This document shows, one piece after another, positions 1-12,614 of a stretch of DNA of 64,000 nucleotides. The notes under the pieces were generated by a model. The model had not been told where the DNA came from and did no database searches. It worked only from the letters and a program-made list of their open reading frames with translations. The stretch lies in assembly GCA_964630905.1 (NCBI GenBank), contig CAZVWR010000009.1, positions 208 to 64,207 of the forward strand, in the 5' to 3' direction. The stretch comes from an uncultured Spirochaetales bacterium. Lineage in GTDB: Bacteria; UBP6; UBA1177. The number at the start of each line of letters is the position of its first letter. Position 1 is the first letter of the stretch. Made by a program: the position numbers and the translations under genes.

Positions 1-447
1 TTCAGCAATTACAGTTGCTTTTCCGGTGATTTCATCCCAGCCGCTTTTCATTGACGGGATCTCTCCGCCGACAGGGATGTCTTTTCCTTGTCCACCGCCC
101 TGAAGTTCAAGAAATTTGAGTCCTGTTATTCCGATGTTACCAAGCTGTGCCATTGTTCCCTCTTTTATCGGGACACCGGGCTTAAGACAGAATTCTATCT
201 GTACAACTTCAGTATTCTCGTGATCTATCGAGATCGCTGAAACATGACCGATGTTCATTCCCTGAAATTTCACAGATGAACCTTCGGTGAGTCCTGCAAC
301 AGAAATATCAGTAAATCTCGAATAATAGCAGTCTTCTCTTTTAAGCAACTTGTTCCCGACAAGAACGGCTGTAAGAAGTATGATTATCCCTATTCCGAAT
401 AGAAAAAAAATTGCAACCCGTCTTTTTTGAGCACCAGTGATTTGCAT
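1..447 (-). CDS. MCE/MlaD-domain protein, N-terminal part (rest of gene lies beyond the left window edge)
   Basis: Not in the ORF track because there is no stop in the window. Hand translation from the ATG at 447-445 gives MQITGAQKRRVAIFFLFGIGIIILLTAVLVGNKLL...SSVKFQGMNIGHVSAISID...MAQLGNIGITGLKFLELQGG. This is an N-terminal TM anchor followed by the usual MlaD/MCE core pattern. Confidence 0.6.
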   Translation of the reverse strand, partial: MQITGAQKRRVAIFFLFGIGIIILLTAVLVGNKLLKREDCYYSRFTDISVAGLTEGSSVKFQGMNIGHVSAISIDHENTEVVQIEFCLKPGVPIKEGTMAQLGNIGITGLKFLELQGGGQGKDIPVGGEIPSMKSGWDEITGKATVIAE

Positions 448-527
448 TTCACCCCGAAAATCTCAATTCACAAGATTGTACGGTCAAATTTAATTGTTGT
501 CAATAAATAGCAGTAATACTAAAAAAC

Positions 528-556
528 TTGATAATAAAGGGCTTGGAATCTATTAT
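528..556 (+). promoter_or_regulatory. sigma70-like promoter candidate for serS
   Basis: TTGATA (528-533), 17 nt, TATTAT (551-556). A GAGG Shine-Dalgarno lies at 585-588 ahead of the ATG at 594. Confidence 0.35.
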
Positions 557-593
557 TACCGTCGTTTTGTATTTTTAACATATTGAGGTTGCC

Positions 594-1868
594 ATGTTTG
601 ATGTAAAGCTGATACTTGAAAACAAAGACAAGGTGTTGAAAAGTTTGATGAATCGTAATTTTAAGGATCTATCGCTGATCGATGAGATCGTTGAACTGAG
701 CGAAAAAAGAAAGACGCTTGTGACCGAATCCGAACATGCAAGGGCAACGCAGAACCAGCGTTCAAAAGAGATGCCGCTCATCATGAAAAACGGCACTGAA
801 GAAGAAAAATCCGCAATAAGGGAAGAGCTGAAGGTGCTCAGCGAAAAAGTTAAAGCATACGGCCCTGAAGTGAAAGCGGTTGAAGATAAGATAAATTCAA
901 TACTTATGTCTATTCCGAACATGATAGCTGATGACGCTCCGATCGGAAAAGACGAAACAGCTAATCCGGTTGTAAAGGTTTGGGGTGATAAGCCGGAATT
1001 TTCATTCAAACCGAAGGAACATTTTGATGTTGCGGCACAGACCATTGACCTTGAAAGAGGTGTCAAACTCAGCGGTTCAAGATTTGTAGTCTATAAAAAG
1101 GAACTGGCAATGCTTGAAAGGGCTGTAATGAACTATATGCTTGATAATGCTCATAAAAACGGTTACACCGAAATAGTTCCGCCGGTACTTGTAAGCCGCG
1201 AGACAATGACCGGCTCAGGTCAGCTTCCCAAATTTGAAGAAGAAGCATACAAAACAACTGATGACATGTTCCTCATCCCGACCGCCGAAGTATCGCTCGT
1301 CAACCTTCACAGGGACGAAATCCTCAACGGAGCCGATCTTCCCCTTAAATATGCGGCTTACACTCCCTGCTTCAGAAGAGAAGCCGGCAGTTACGGCAAG
1401 GATATGAAAGGGATAATCAGGCTTCACCAGTTCAACAAGGTGGAACTTGTAAAATTCACAAAACCTGAAGAATCACATGCTGAACTCCTCAAACTTCTCG
1501 GAAACGCTGAAGAGATCCTGCAGGGGCTTGGCGTTCATTACCGGATCATTGAACTCTGCAGCGGTGATCTCGGGTTCAACTCCCTGAAAACATTTGATAT
1601 TGAAGTGTGGCTTCCGGGACAGAACACTTACCGCGAGATATCAAGCTGTTCAAATACCGGTGATTTCCAGGCAAGAAGGGCCGGTGTCAGATTTAAAAGA
1701 GATGCCGTCAACAAACCTGAATTTGCTCACCTTCTTAACGGATCGGGACTTGCGATCGACAGAACACTTGTTGCAATAATCGAAAATTACCAGCAGGCGG
1801 ACGGATCAGTGAAGATCCCTGAAGTTCTCAGGAAATATATGCACGGTCTTGAGGTTCTTTCTCTTTGA
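594..1868 (+). CDS. serS: seryl-tRNA synthetase
   Basis: 424 aa with an N-terminal coiled-coil arm and a class II core. Motifs seen: TAEVSL, PCFRREAGS, GSGLAIDRTLVAIIENYQ. Confidence 0.97.
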   Translation: MFDVKLILENKDKVLKSLMNRNFKDLSLIDEIVELSEKRKTLVTESEHARATQNQRSKEMPLIMKNGTEEEKSAIREELKVLSEKVKAYGPEVKAVEDKINSILMSIPNMIADDAPIGKDETANPVVKVWGDKPEFSFKPKEHFDVAAQTIDLERGVKLSGSRFVVYKKELAMLERAVMNYMLDNAHKNGYTEIVPPVLVSRETMTGSGQLPKFEEEAYKTTDDMFLIPTAEVSLVNLHRDEILNGADLPLKYAAYTPCFRREAGSYGKDMKGIIRLHQFNKVELVKFTKPEESHAELLKLLGNAEEILQGLGVHYRIIELCSGDLGFNSLKTFDIEVWLPGQNTYREISSCSNTGDFQARRAGVRFKRDAVNKPEFAHLLNGSGLAIDRTLVAIIENYQQADGSVKIPEVLRKYMHGLEVLSL

Positions 1869-2728
1869 CATTAATATCATTCAGACATAATGCGGCGGCA
1901 GTTTTTGCAATCATTCTAACCATCTGGGCTCTGCACAGTTTTTTTTCATGGCATACGGCACCAACCCCTGAAGAAATTCCTGAAAAAATATCTGAATCAC
2001 TTGAAATTCTGCACGGAGAACCGGTTTTTCTTTCATCACAGCTTCTTGATAAACTTGTTCTCAACCATCCTGAAATAAATTTCTTTCCTGCTGGCGGGAA
2101 CTCACTGAAAAATGCGAAAACCTCAGGTCTTTTCTATATTCTTCAAAAATATCAGACACTTGACTGCAGTGACATCGACAGAGAACTTAAAAGCGAGATC
2201 ATTGCACAGACAACTGGGTTCATTCTTAAAAAATGTTATTCATCTCAAAATTCAAATATCGTTTACGCTTCGTCATTCATAGAAAAAATGACTGTCACAA
2301 CTGATGATTTTGAGATTCCGGCAAAATTCATAAACGGACAGTTCAGAACAGGTCCAAGCGGCTGGCAGAAGATCGAGACCGGTTCAGCAGAATTCGGAGA
2401 TGACTTCAGAACCGCTGTTTCAGCCCATCCTCTTCCCGACAGAAAAAAGATAATAATTGTAATACCTTCCGTTGATATTAATATAAAAAAGATCGTTCTG
2501 GGGGCCGGAATCGCGAACTCAGGCGTCTTCAAAGGATCAAAGCCTGTCATCGTTACCGTTTCACAGAACAGTTTAAAAAAAGAGATCAAAAGTGTTGACG
2601 GAAAATGGGTGGAGCACGAATTGAAAAATTTCTCGGGAAATGAACCGGTTACAATAACAATCCATACCGAAAAATCAGGCAAAAGACACTTCTATTTCGA
2701 TTTGAAATATTTTGAGGCCGAGAAATGA
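1865..2728 (+). CDS. hypothetical membrane-anchored protein
   Basis: 287-aa ORF with a TTG start overlapping the serS stop (cTTTGAc). One N-terminal TM (AAAVFAIILTIWALHSFF). Its stop overlaps the next gene's start (ATGA). I recognise no family. Confidence 0.5.
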   Translation: MTLISFRHNAAAVFAIILTIWALHSFFSWHTAPTPEEIPEKISESLEILHGEPVFLSSQLLDKLVLNHPEINFFPAGGNSLKNAKTSGLFYILQKYQTLDCSDIDRELKSEIIAQTTGFILKKCYSSQNSNIVYASSFIEKMTVTTDDFEIPAKFINGQFRTGPSGWQKIETGSAEFGDDFRTAVSAHPLPDRKKIIIVIPSVDINIKKIVLGAGIANSGVFKGSKPVIVTVSQNSLKKEIKSVDGKWVEHELKNFSGNEPVTITIHTEKSGKRHFYFDLKYFEAEK

Positions 2729-4317
2729 GAAATCTCTTTAAAAATTGCGATATTAAAGTTTTTCTCACAATGTCAGCACTTGCTGTTTTCTATCTTTTTA
2801 TGCTTGTCTATCAATCCAGGCAGGTCGCAATTACAGATGACGCAAGATTTTATATGGCTGCGGCAAAAAGTTATTACTCCTATTTTGACAACTGCAAATT
2901 TTCAAAAAAATGTTTTGAGAAAGGGACAATTGACAGATACTGGAGGGAGAACAATGAACATCCCCCTTTTGCAAAACTTCTCATGGCGGGAGGATACGGA
3001 TTTTTTCACAAAAAGCTCAACATTCTTGATGAAATAAGGGCTCTTCGCATCGGCATTTCAATTTTTGCCGTTATTATTCTCATGTTCATTTTCAGTTTTA
3101 CAAGAAGGGCTTTTTCATTCCACGCCGCAGTTTTTGCATCGCTTTCATTCATATTTCTGCCGAGAACTTTTTTCCACGCCCGTGTTGCGACTCTTGATTT
3201 TGCTGTTGCCGGAACATCTTTTATTTTTGTTTACTGCTACTGGCGCGGATTCACTTCAAAATTCTGGGCATGGATGACCGGAGTCGCTTTCGGCATAGCC
3301 CTTGCAACCAAACTCAACGCTCCGTTCATGGTTCTTCCAGTGTTAATCCATTTCTTCATTTTTAAATGGAGTGACATTAAAAAAAGACCGTTTAAAACCA
3401 TTTTTGCCCCTCAATTTGTTTCAATGCTTCTTATTTCGCTTCCTCTCTTTTTCATTATGTGGCCGTGGCTCTGGCACGATTCAGCCGCAAGGTTCATAAG
3501 CTATGTGAAATTCCATACTAATCATTACGGCATATTGATGTATTATCTTGGAAAAATATACGGCGAACCGAGACCTCCATGGCATGCACCTTTTGTGATG
3601 ATGGTTCTGACAACTCCTTTAATTTCCTTGTTTTCCGCTTCACTTGCTCCGGTTATTTACAAGTGGAAAGATGAATCTGAAAATAATTTTGCAATGACCC
3701 TTTCGATACTTTGTGCTTTCGTTTCGATAGCTGTTTTAATGTTCATGCCGGCACCTTTCTACAGCGGCGTGAAGCTTTTCCAACCGTTCTTCCCGTTCTT
3801 AGCAGTTATTGCAGGAACAGGAATTTATTCGATGCTTAAAAGCGTAACTTTCATTCCTGAAAAATATAAGTTCGCTCCGGGAATTCTCTTTTTTATTCCT
3901 GTCATTTTCTCAATGGTTGATCTTAAGAACGACCACTTGAGCTACTACAACGAACTTGCCGGTGGGACAAAAGGGGCATCACTTTATAAAAATGAACAGC
4001 ATTACTACGATCTTTTTTATTATGACCTTACAGAATTCTTCAACAAAGAGTGTGAAAAGAAAAGATGCCGTGTCGCATTTGAACCCAATGGGAAAGAATA
4101 TGACCCTTCATCAGGAATACTTAAAAAAGCCGGATACCTGACAAAGAATTTCGTTTACAGTGATCTTGCAAAGGCCGACTACTTTGTCTTGACTCACGAA
4201 TACCGCTGGAAAGATTATCCCAATATTTTAAGAAGGTCTAAAAATCTTAAAAAGATCTACTCTATCGAAAAACAGGGTGTTGAACTCCTGACAGTTTTTA
4301 AGTTGAACTCAAAATAA
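2725..4317 (+). CDS. GT-C fold glycosyltransferase, GT39/PMT_2 (ArnT/protein-O-mannosyltransferase-like) family
   Basis: 530-aa polytopic membrane protein. The first loop carries an acidic DD (ITDDARFY) followed by ENNEHPPFAKLLMAGGYGFF, the pattern typical of PMT_2/ArnT-type lipid-linked-sugar transferases. Confidence 0.72.
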   Translation: MRNLFKNCDIKVFLTMSALAVFYLFMLVYQSRQVAITDDARFYMAAAKSYYSYFDNCKFSKKCFEKGTIDRYWRENNEHPPFAKLLMAGGYGFFHKKLNILDEIRALRIGISIFAVIILMFIFSFTRRAFSFHAAVFASLSFIFLPRTFFHARVATLDFAVAGTSFIFVYCYWRGFTSKFWAWMTGVAFGIALATKLNAPFMVLPVLIHFFIFKWSDIKKRPFKTIFAPQFVSMLLISLPLFFIMWPWLWHDSAARFISYVKFHTNHYGILMYYLGKIYGEPRPPWHAPFVMMVLTTPLISLFSASLAPVIYKWKDESENNFAMTLSILCAFVSIAVLMFMPAPFYSGVKLFQPFFPFLAVIAGTGIYSMLKSVTFIPEKYKFAPGILFFIPVIFSMVDLKNDHLSYYNELAGGTKGASLYKNEQHYYDLFYYDLTEFFNKECEKKRCRVAFEPNGKEYDPSSGILKKAGYLTKNFVYSDLAKADYFVLTHEYRWKDYPNILRRSKNLKKIYSIEKQGVELLTVFKLNSK

Positions 4318-4328
4318 GAAGAATTTTT

Positions 4329-5177
4329 CTAATCTTCGCATATCTCAGGCAGATTATATCCCTGCTCTTTTGCATAGGCGGGGTCGATAAGTTTTCCTTC
4401 AGCAGAAAATTCAATGTCAGTTGCAGTCAGTTCAACAAGATCAAGCGTCGCATCACCTGAAACGGCTCTGATACATTTTATCCCGACAGTGCTTCCGTCA
4501 TAAGCGAGATCGCCGTAAAGAGCGTATGTCTGTGTTTCAACAAAATCAATGTCATTTCCTGCAGTCAGATTGTCAGGAACATTGACTGCAAAGAATTTGG
4601 GTGAAAAAGAAAGCTGGTCTATCCATGTCGACATGATCATTCCCCCTTCTGCAACAGCGGCAAAAGGGAAATCTATCTTTATCTGATCGCTATCAATGTG
4701 CAGCACCGTGAATGTAAAATCATCATCAAAATATGTAAATTCGGCATCGCCTGTTCCCGGAGATATTTCGGAAGGGTTGCTTGTCTGATTTACTGCACCC
4801 TTGAAACTCACCGTGAACGCCCCTATTTCCGTTAACTCGGTGTCTGAAATGCACTCATCGTTTGTCGGATGGAACCCTTCATTACATTCACATGTCGCTT
4901 CTTCACCATCAGGAACGCATGTCGAATTTTCAGGACATTCCATTTCAGCACAAGGGTCAATTATGTCTTCATCAAGAACTTCTTCCTCATCAACAACATC
5001 GGCAACTTCTTCCTCATCAACAACTGCTTCGTCGCTCACTTCATTATCTGTCAGTTCTTCGTCAATGGTTTCTGCTGTATCTTCATCTGTTTTGATGGTT
5101 TTCTTGTCATCTCCGCAGGAAATCAGAAAAAAAGCAGCTAAAACAACAATAGAAATAAATTTGAAAAACTTCTTCAT
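4329..5177 (-). CDS. acidic secreted lipoprotein with one EGF-like cysteine module
   Basis: Lipobox signal peptide MKKFFKFISIVVLAAFFLISC. D/E-rich linker (EEVADVVDEEEVLDEDIID). Six-Cys module CAEMECPENSTCVPDGEEATCECNEGFHPTNDEC. Confidence 0.7.
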   Translation of the reverse strand: MKKFFKFISIVVLAAFFLISCGDDKKTIKTDEDTAETIDEELTDNEVSDEAVVDEEEVADVVDEEEVLDEDIIDPCAEMECPENSTCVPDGEEATCECNEGFHPTNDECISDTELTEIGAFTVSFKGAVNQTSNPSEISPGTGDAEFTYFDDDFTFTVLHIDSDQIKIDFPFAAVAEGGMIMSTWIDQLSFSPKFFAVNVPDNLTAGNDIDFVETQTYALYGDLAYDGSTVGIKCIRAVSGDATLDLVELTATDIEFSAEGKLIDPAYAKEQGYNLPEICED

Positions 5178-6932
<1,755 letters not shown>

Positions 6933-6951
6933 AACCTTACTCCCTTATTAA

Positions 6952-8596
<1,645 letters not shown>

Positions 8597-8602
8597 AAGT
8601 TG

Positions 8603-9439
8603 TTATTTCAATCGTTTTAAAAACAATTCAACTGCCTGTGAAACTCCTGAATTTTTGTGGTCAGCGACTGTTGTGTATGTTTTTTTGAGTTTTTCGGGAG
8701 CATTTGCGACAACAAACGGATGTCCAACTGTTTCAAGCATTTCGGCATCGTTGAAATCGTTCCCGATTCCTGCGGTATTTTCCATATGAACACCAAGTTT
8801 TGAGCACAGACTTTTTATTGCATTCCCTTTTGATACATTTTTTGGATAAACTTCTATCCACATGGTTTTGCCGTCAAGGGGTGAAGTACTCCGTATAATC
8901 TTAAGATCTTTAAGCTTTTCAGTAATTTCCTTCAAAAGGTCTTCGTCGTTATCAACAATTCCGATCAACTGACAGCTCGGTCTGAAAACTTTGAAATCAT
9001 AATCCCTGATACGGTAATAACCTCTGTAGAATTTGTGTCGTCTGATAACATCGGGATGAGGTCTGTGATAAATGAATGAGTCGTATTTATGATTTTCCGG
9101 AACTTCGTGAAGAACCATAAAATCCATTTTGTAGCTTCTTAAAACTTCAGCCGCAAATTCAGTTTCATGCGGCTCAAGATTAAATTCTTCAAGGATCTCC
9201 TCACTTGGCCAGCACTGAGTTATACAGCCCGTCGAGCAGATGAGATAATCTATCGGAAAATCTTTTTTTATCACCTTGCGGGCTGAAAAAGGAGATCTTC
9301 CGGTTGCAATAACTCTCAGTATATTCAAATCATTAAGCCGCTTTAAAGAATTGATATCAGTACTTGAAATATTGCCGTATTTATCAGCAAGAGTCCCGTC
9401 AAGATCACAGAAAAAAACTCCGGAATATGGATGTTTCAT
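8603..9439 (-). CDS. HAD-IIB (Cof-type) phosphatase
   Basis: 278 aa. Motif I is FFCDLDGTLAD. Motif IV is GIGNDFNDAEML. Confidence 0.8.
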   Translation of the reverse strand: MKHPYSGVFFCDLDGTLADKYGNISSTDINSLKRLNDLNILRVIATGRSPFSARKVIKKDFPIDYLICSTGCITQCWPSEEILEEFNLEPHETEFAAEVLRSYKMDFMVLHEVPENHKYDSFIYHRPHPDVIRRHKFYRGYYRIRDYDFKVFRPSCQLIGIVDNDEDLLKEITEKLKDLKIIRSTSPLDGKTMWIEVYPKNVSKGNAIKSLCSKLGVHMENTAGIGNDFNDAEMLETVGHPFVVANAPEKLKKTYTTVADHKNSGVSQAVELFLKRLK

Positions 9440-9765
9440 AATTTTTCCCAGATGACAACTGCGGTTGCAAATTTTCTTTCGTGGCTGATCGAGAGGTGGA
9501 AGATTCCGGCGTGAGGGACATTTTCAAAATGGGGTTTGCCGTTTTCGTTATGAATGATATTTATGTCAGTAAATTCAATGGTTTTGTCATCAAGTGCCTT
9601 GACGAGTGCCTCTTTTGCCGCCCAGAATCCTGCGATCCTTTCAAGCGGATCTTTAAATTTTCCAATGTATTCAAGATCTTTAAGGGATAAAAACCTTTTC
9701 CATAGATCGGGCTTATCTTTCAACCGTTCAATTTCAACAATGTCTGTTCCAATGCCTGCGATCAA
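9436..9765 (-). CDS. acpS: holo-[acyl-carrier-protein] synthase
   Basis: 109 aa, starting MIAGIGTDIVEIERL, with FAAKEALVKA-like WAAKEALVKAL. Confidence 0.92.
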   Translation of the reverse strand: MIAGIGTDIVEIERLKDKPDLWKRFLSLKDLEYIGKFKDPLERIAGFWAAKEALVKALDDKTIEFTDINIIHNENGKPHFENVPHAGIFHLSISHERKFATAVVIWEKL

Positions 9766-11102
9766 AACTGCCTCTTGACAAATTCAGCAATATTTTCAAC
9801 TGCTTTTTTAACTTTTTCCATGTCCGGGCCTTCCGCCATCACACGAAGAACAGGCTCGGTTCCGCTGTAACGTATAAGCATTCTGCCGCTGTCAAGTCCG
9901 CTTTCCTCTTTTTCAATGAGTTCAGCAAGTCCTTTAATTGATTCAAGCGGCTTTTTTTCACTCACTTTCACTTTTGTCATGAACTGCGGAAAAAGCTCAA
10001 TATCTGCGGCCAGTTCTGACAGTTTTTTCTTTGTTGAGTTCATAACTGCAAGGATCATTAAAGAAGCAAGAATTCCATCCCCTGTCGGATTAATGTCAGC
10101 AAGAATAATGTGTCCGCTGTTCTCTCCGCCAAGAGATGAACCGGTTTCCTTAATTTTCTCGTAAACATATCTGTCACCGACATTTGTTCTTAGAAGTTTA
10201 ATACCTTCATCTTTTAAAAACTTTTCAAGACCTGCATTGCTCATAACTGTCGTGACAACGGTGTTATTTTTTAACATCCCGTTATTTTTAAGGTATCTGG
10301 CAAAAATGCCGATCAGTTTATCTCCGTCAACAATATTTCCCAGCTCATCAATTGTTATAAGCCGGTCAGCGTCGCCGTCATAAGTGATTCCGATGTCACA
10401 ATGTTTTTCCACCACAGTTTTTGACATTATTTCAGGATGAAGCGCTCCGCAGTTGTCATTAATGTTGTATCCGTCAGGATCTTTTGAAAAGGAATGCGGC
10501 GTAATTCCTTCAATGTTTTTAAAGAGTTCATTGGCAACTTCAGATGCGGCACCATTTGCACAGTCAACACAAATTTTAAATGAACATCCGTTTAAACTTT
10601 TAGAAAAAATCGCCATCAGTCTTTTAATATACTCTGCATAAGAGTTTGTTTTTACGGTATATTTGCCGACAGTTCCGTCACCTGCCGGGTTATCAAAGAA
10701 TATTTGCTCAATCTCTAACTCCTCTTCATCGTTGAGCTTCTCACCTTTTGAATTGAATATTTTTATGCCGTTATCGTGATATGGATTGTGGCTTGCAGAA
10801 ATCACTATGCCAAAATTACAGCGATTGTTCCTTACATAATCACTCACAAGTGGTGTCGGAACAACACCGAGAACTGTGACATTCCCTCCCGCACTCATAA
10901 TTCCGGCCGAAACAGCATTTACAAGCATTGGCGAGGAAATTCTGGGGTCCATACCTATTGCGGCACTCATTCCAGAGCCGGTATTTCTTGAAAAATAGCG
11001 GGTTATGGCTTTTCCAATTATTACGGCTGTTTCAGGTAACAAAGGATAAACATTGGCTTTTCCCCTTATCCCGTCAGTTCCGAACAGTTTTTTTTCAGTC
11101 AT
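9762..11102 (-). CDS. glmM: phosphoglucosamine mutase
   Basis: 446 aa. Has FGTDGIRGKAN, the phosphoserine loop ISASHNPYHDNGIK and YDGDADR. Confidence 0.96.
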   Translation of the reverse strand: MTEKKLFGTDGIRGKANVYPLLPETAVIIGKAITRYFSRNTGSGMSAAIGMDPRISSPMLVNAVSAGIMSAGGNVTVLGVVPTPLVSDYVRNNRCNFGIVISASHNPYHDNGIKIFNSKGEKLNDEEELEIEQIFFDNPAGDGTVGKYTVKTNSYAEYIKRLMAIFSKSLNGCSFKICVDCANGAASEVANELFKNIEGITPHSFSKDPDGYNINDNCGALHPEIMSKTVVEKHCDIGITYDGDADRLITIDELGNIVDGDKLIGIFARYLKNNGMLKNNTVVTTVMSNAGLEKFLKDEGIKLLRTNVGDRYVYEKIKETGSSLGGENSGHIILADINPTGDGILASLMILAVMNSTKKKLSELAADIELFPQFMTKVKVSEKKPLESIKGLAELIEKEESGLDSGRMLIRYSGTEPVLRVMAEGPDMEKVKKAVENIAEFVKRQF

Positions 11103-11817
11103 TTTTCACCTTTTTTTCTTTTATTCCGGCATCATTTCTTATCTCGTCGGTATCAGTTTTTTTCATCTCTTTTTCAAGCGTTATTGAAACTGTTGCCTTA
11201 TCAGTTTCAACAGTTGAAATATATATTGAAGGGAGAACCAGTTTCAATTCTTTTTCGAAAGATCCTTTTATAGAACCGAGAACAATTTTTTCAGTAGTTA
11301 CGGAATCTATCTCTTCTATCTCCTTTTCAGGACCCGCAATGGTAACTTTCTTAGGTGTGACTTTGTATCCTGTGAACTTGAATCCTGAAGGGGGCTGACC
11401 GTCAAGCCAGGGCTCAATTTTCACTTTCTTTTCTATCTTTTTTACCGTTCTGATTATTATTTCGGAAGGAAATATCTTTTCAACATTCAAGTTCCCGGCA
11501 AAAGTCATCATCTTTGCATCAAGAAGCCGGGTGAATTTCCCGGGTTTTTTTGCGGCGATGTCAAGATTGATCACAAGATCTTTCTCTTTGATCTTTACAA
11601 AATCGAAGATACTTCCCGAAAGCTTGACCTGTATCTGGTCAACAGGTTCTGAAACGATCACCTGGTCTTTGGAATATATTAAATTGATCTTCACCTGATA
11701 GTCTCTTGTTTCCTGGTTTCTGCTGATCGAAAACGTCCACAGGATCAAAGTGAGCAGAACTGCAAGGAGCTTTTCTGAAGAATACTGTGTGAAAAAGTTC
11801 TTTATTGCTTCTTTCAT
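11095..11817 (-). CDS. cdaR: YbbR-domain protein, probable CdaA regulator
   Basis: 240 aa with an N-terminal TM and YbbR-like beta-rich repeats. It occupies the conserved position between cdaA and glmM. Confidence 0.7.
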   Translation of the reverse strand: MKEAIKNFFTQYSSEKLLAVLLTLILWTFSISRNQETRDYQVKINLIYSKDQVIVSEPVDQIQVKLSGSIFDFVKIKEKDLVINLDIAAKKPGKFTRLLDAKMMTFAGNLNVEKIFPSEIIIRTVKKIEKKVKIEPWLDGQPPSGFKFTGYKVTPKKVTIAGPEKEIEEIDSVTTEKIVLGSIKGSFEKELKLVLPSIYISTVETDKATVSITLEKEMKKTDTDEIRNDAGIKEKKVKND

Positions 11818-12614
11818 TTTTTCTCCTTCACAAGATGGGCGATGAGTACTTTTCTGACAATATCACGGCTCATATTCCTTGTGATCTTACCTTTTTTAAG
11901 CATTGAGATCTGTCCCCGCTCTTCACTGACTACAAAAACAATGCAGTCAACGGCTTCACTTATTCCGTATGCCGCACGGTGCCGTGTTCCGAAATTCGGG
12001 TCGATGTCAGGATTTGTGCTCAGCGGGAGAACGGCACTTGCAAGAGATATCCTTCCGTCTTTTATTATTACTGCTCCGTCATGAAGAGGTGAACTTTTCT
12101 TAAATATTGTAAGCAGAAGTTCCTTTTTAACGCTGGCGTCGATCTTTACACCGCCGGAAACGAACGATTCGGGATTCCCTTTCTGTGCAATGACGATCAA
12201 AGAACCTTCTGAAATTGATGCAAGATACCATAATGATTCTGTTATTTCATCAACAATAAAAAGGCTGTCCTTCTTTTTTCCCGAGCCTTTAAAAATGTCA
12301 AAGAATTCAAATCCTGAAAGAATTGTTCTGATCTCTTCGTGGAAAAGGATGATTATTATGATAAAAAAGTTTGCAAAAAGACCGTTAAGGAGCCATTCGG
12401 TGGTTTTGAGTCCAACCAGATTTCCCAGAAAGTAAATGAAAAGAAGGACAAGGAACCCTGACAATATCTGCATCGATTTTGTCCCTTTTACAAGAACAAG
12501 TAACCGGTAGATAATAAAAAAGACGATCATCAGGTCAATCACCCGTATCACCATTACCGCCGGTGAACCGCCCCAGATCGCCTGCCAGTAGGCCCCTGAA
12601 TAGTTTAATAACAT
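11814..12614 (-). CDS. cdaA: diadenylate cyclase (c-di-AMP synthase), membrane-anchored
   Basis: 266 aa with three N-terminal TM segments. DAC-domain motifs PLHDGAVII and FGTRHRAAYG. Confidence 0.93.
   Translation of the reverse strand: MLLNYSGAYWQAIWGGSPAVMVIRVIDLMIVFFIIYRLLVLVKGTKSMQILSGFLVLLFIYFLGNLVGLKTTEWLLNGLFANFFIIIIILFHEEIRTILSGFEFFDIFKGSGKKKDSLFIVDEITESLWYLASISEGSLIVIAQKGNPESFVSGGVKIDASVKKELLLTIFKKSSPLHDGAVIIKDGRISLASAVLPLSTNPDIDPNFGTRHRAAYGISEAVDCIVFVVSEERGQISMLKKGKITRNMSRDIVRKVLIAHLVKEKK

Noticed and set aside
448-593. T-box or other leader RNA in front of serS (and leuS at 17382-17400).
   Set aside because: The available non-coding space (146 nt including a promoter; 19 nt for leuS) is too short for a T-box. 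I saw no specifier or antiterminator-like helices.
575-1066. Antisense ORFs inside housekeeping genes, for example 575..1066(-) in serS, 16356..17033(+) in leuS, 49124..49642(+) in the PEP mutase gene and 34523..35011(-).
   Set aside because: They lie opposite genes with strong family signatures. They have low-complexity or Ser/Leu/Phe-rich compositions typical of shadow ORFs in AT-rich DNA.
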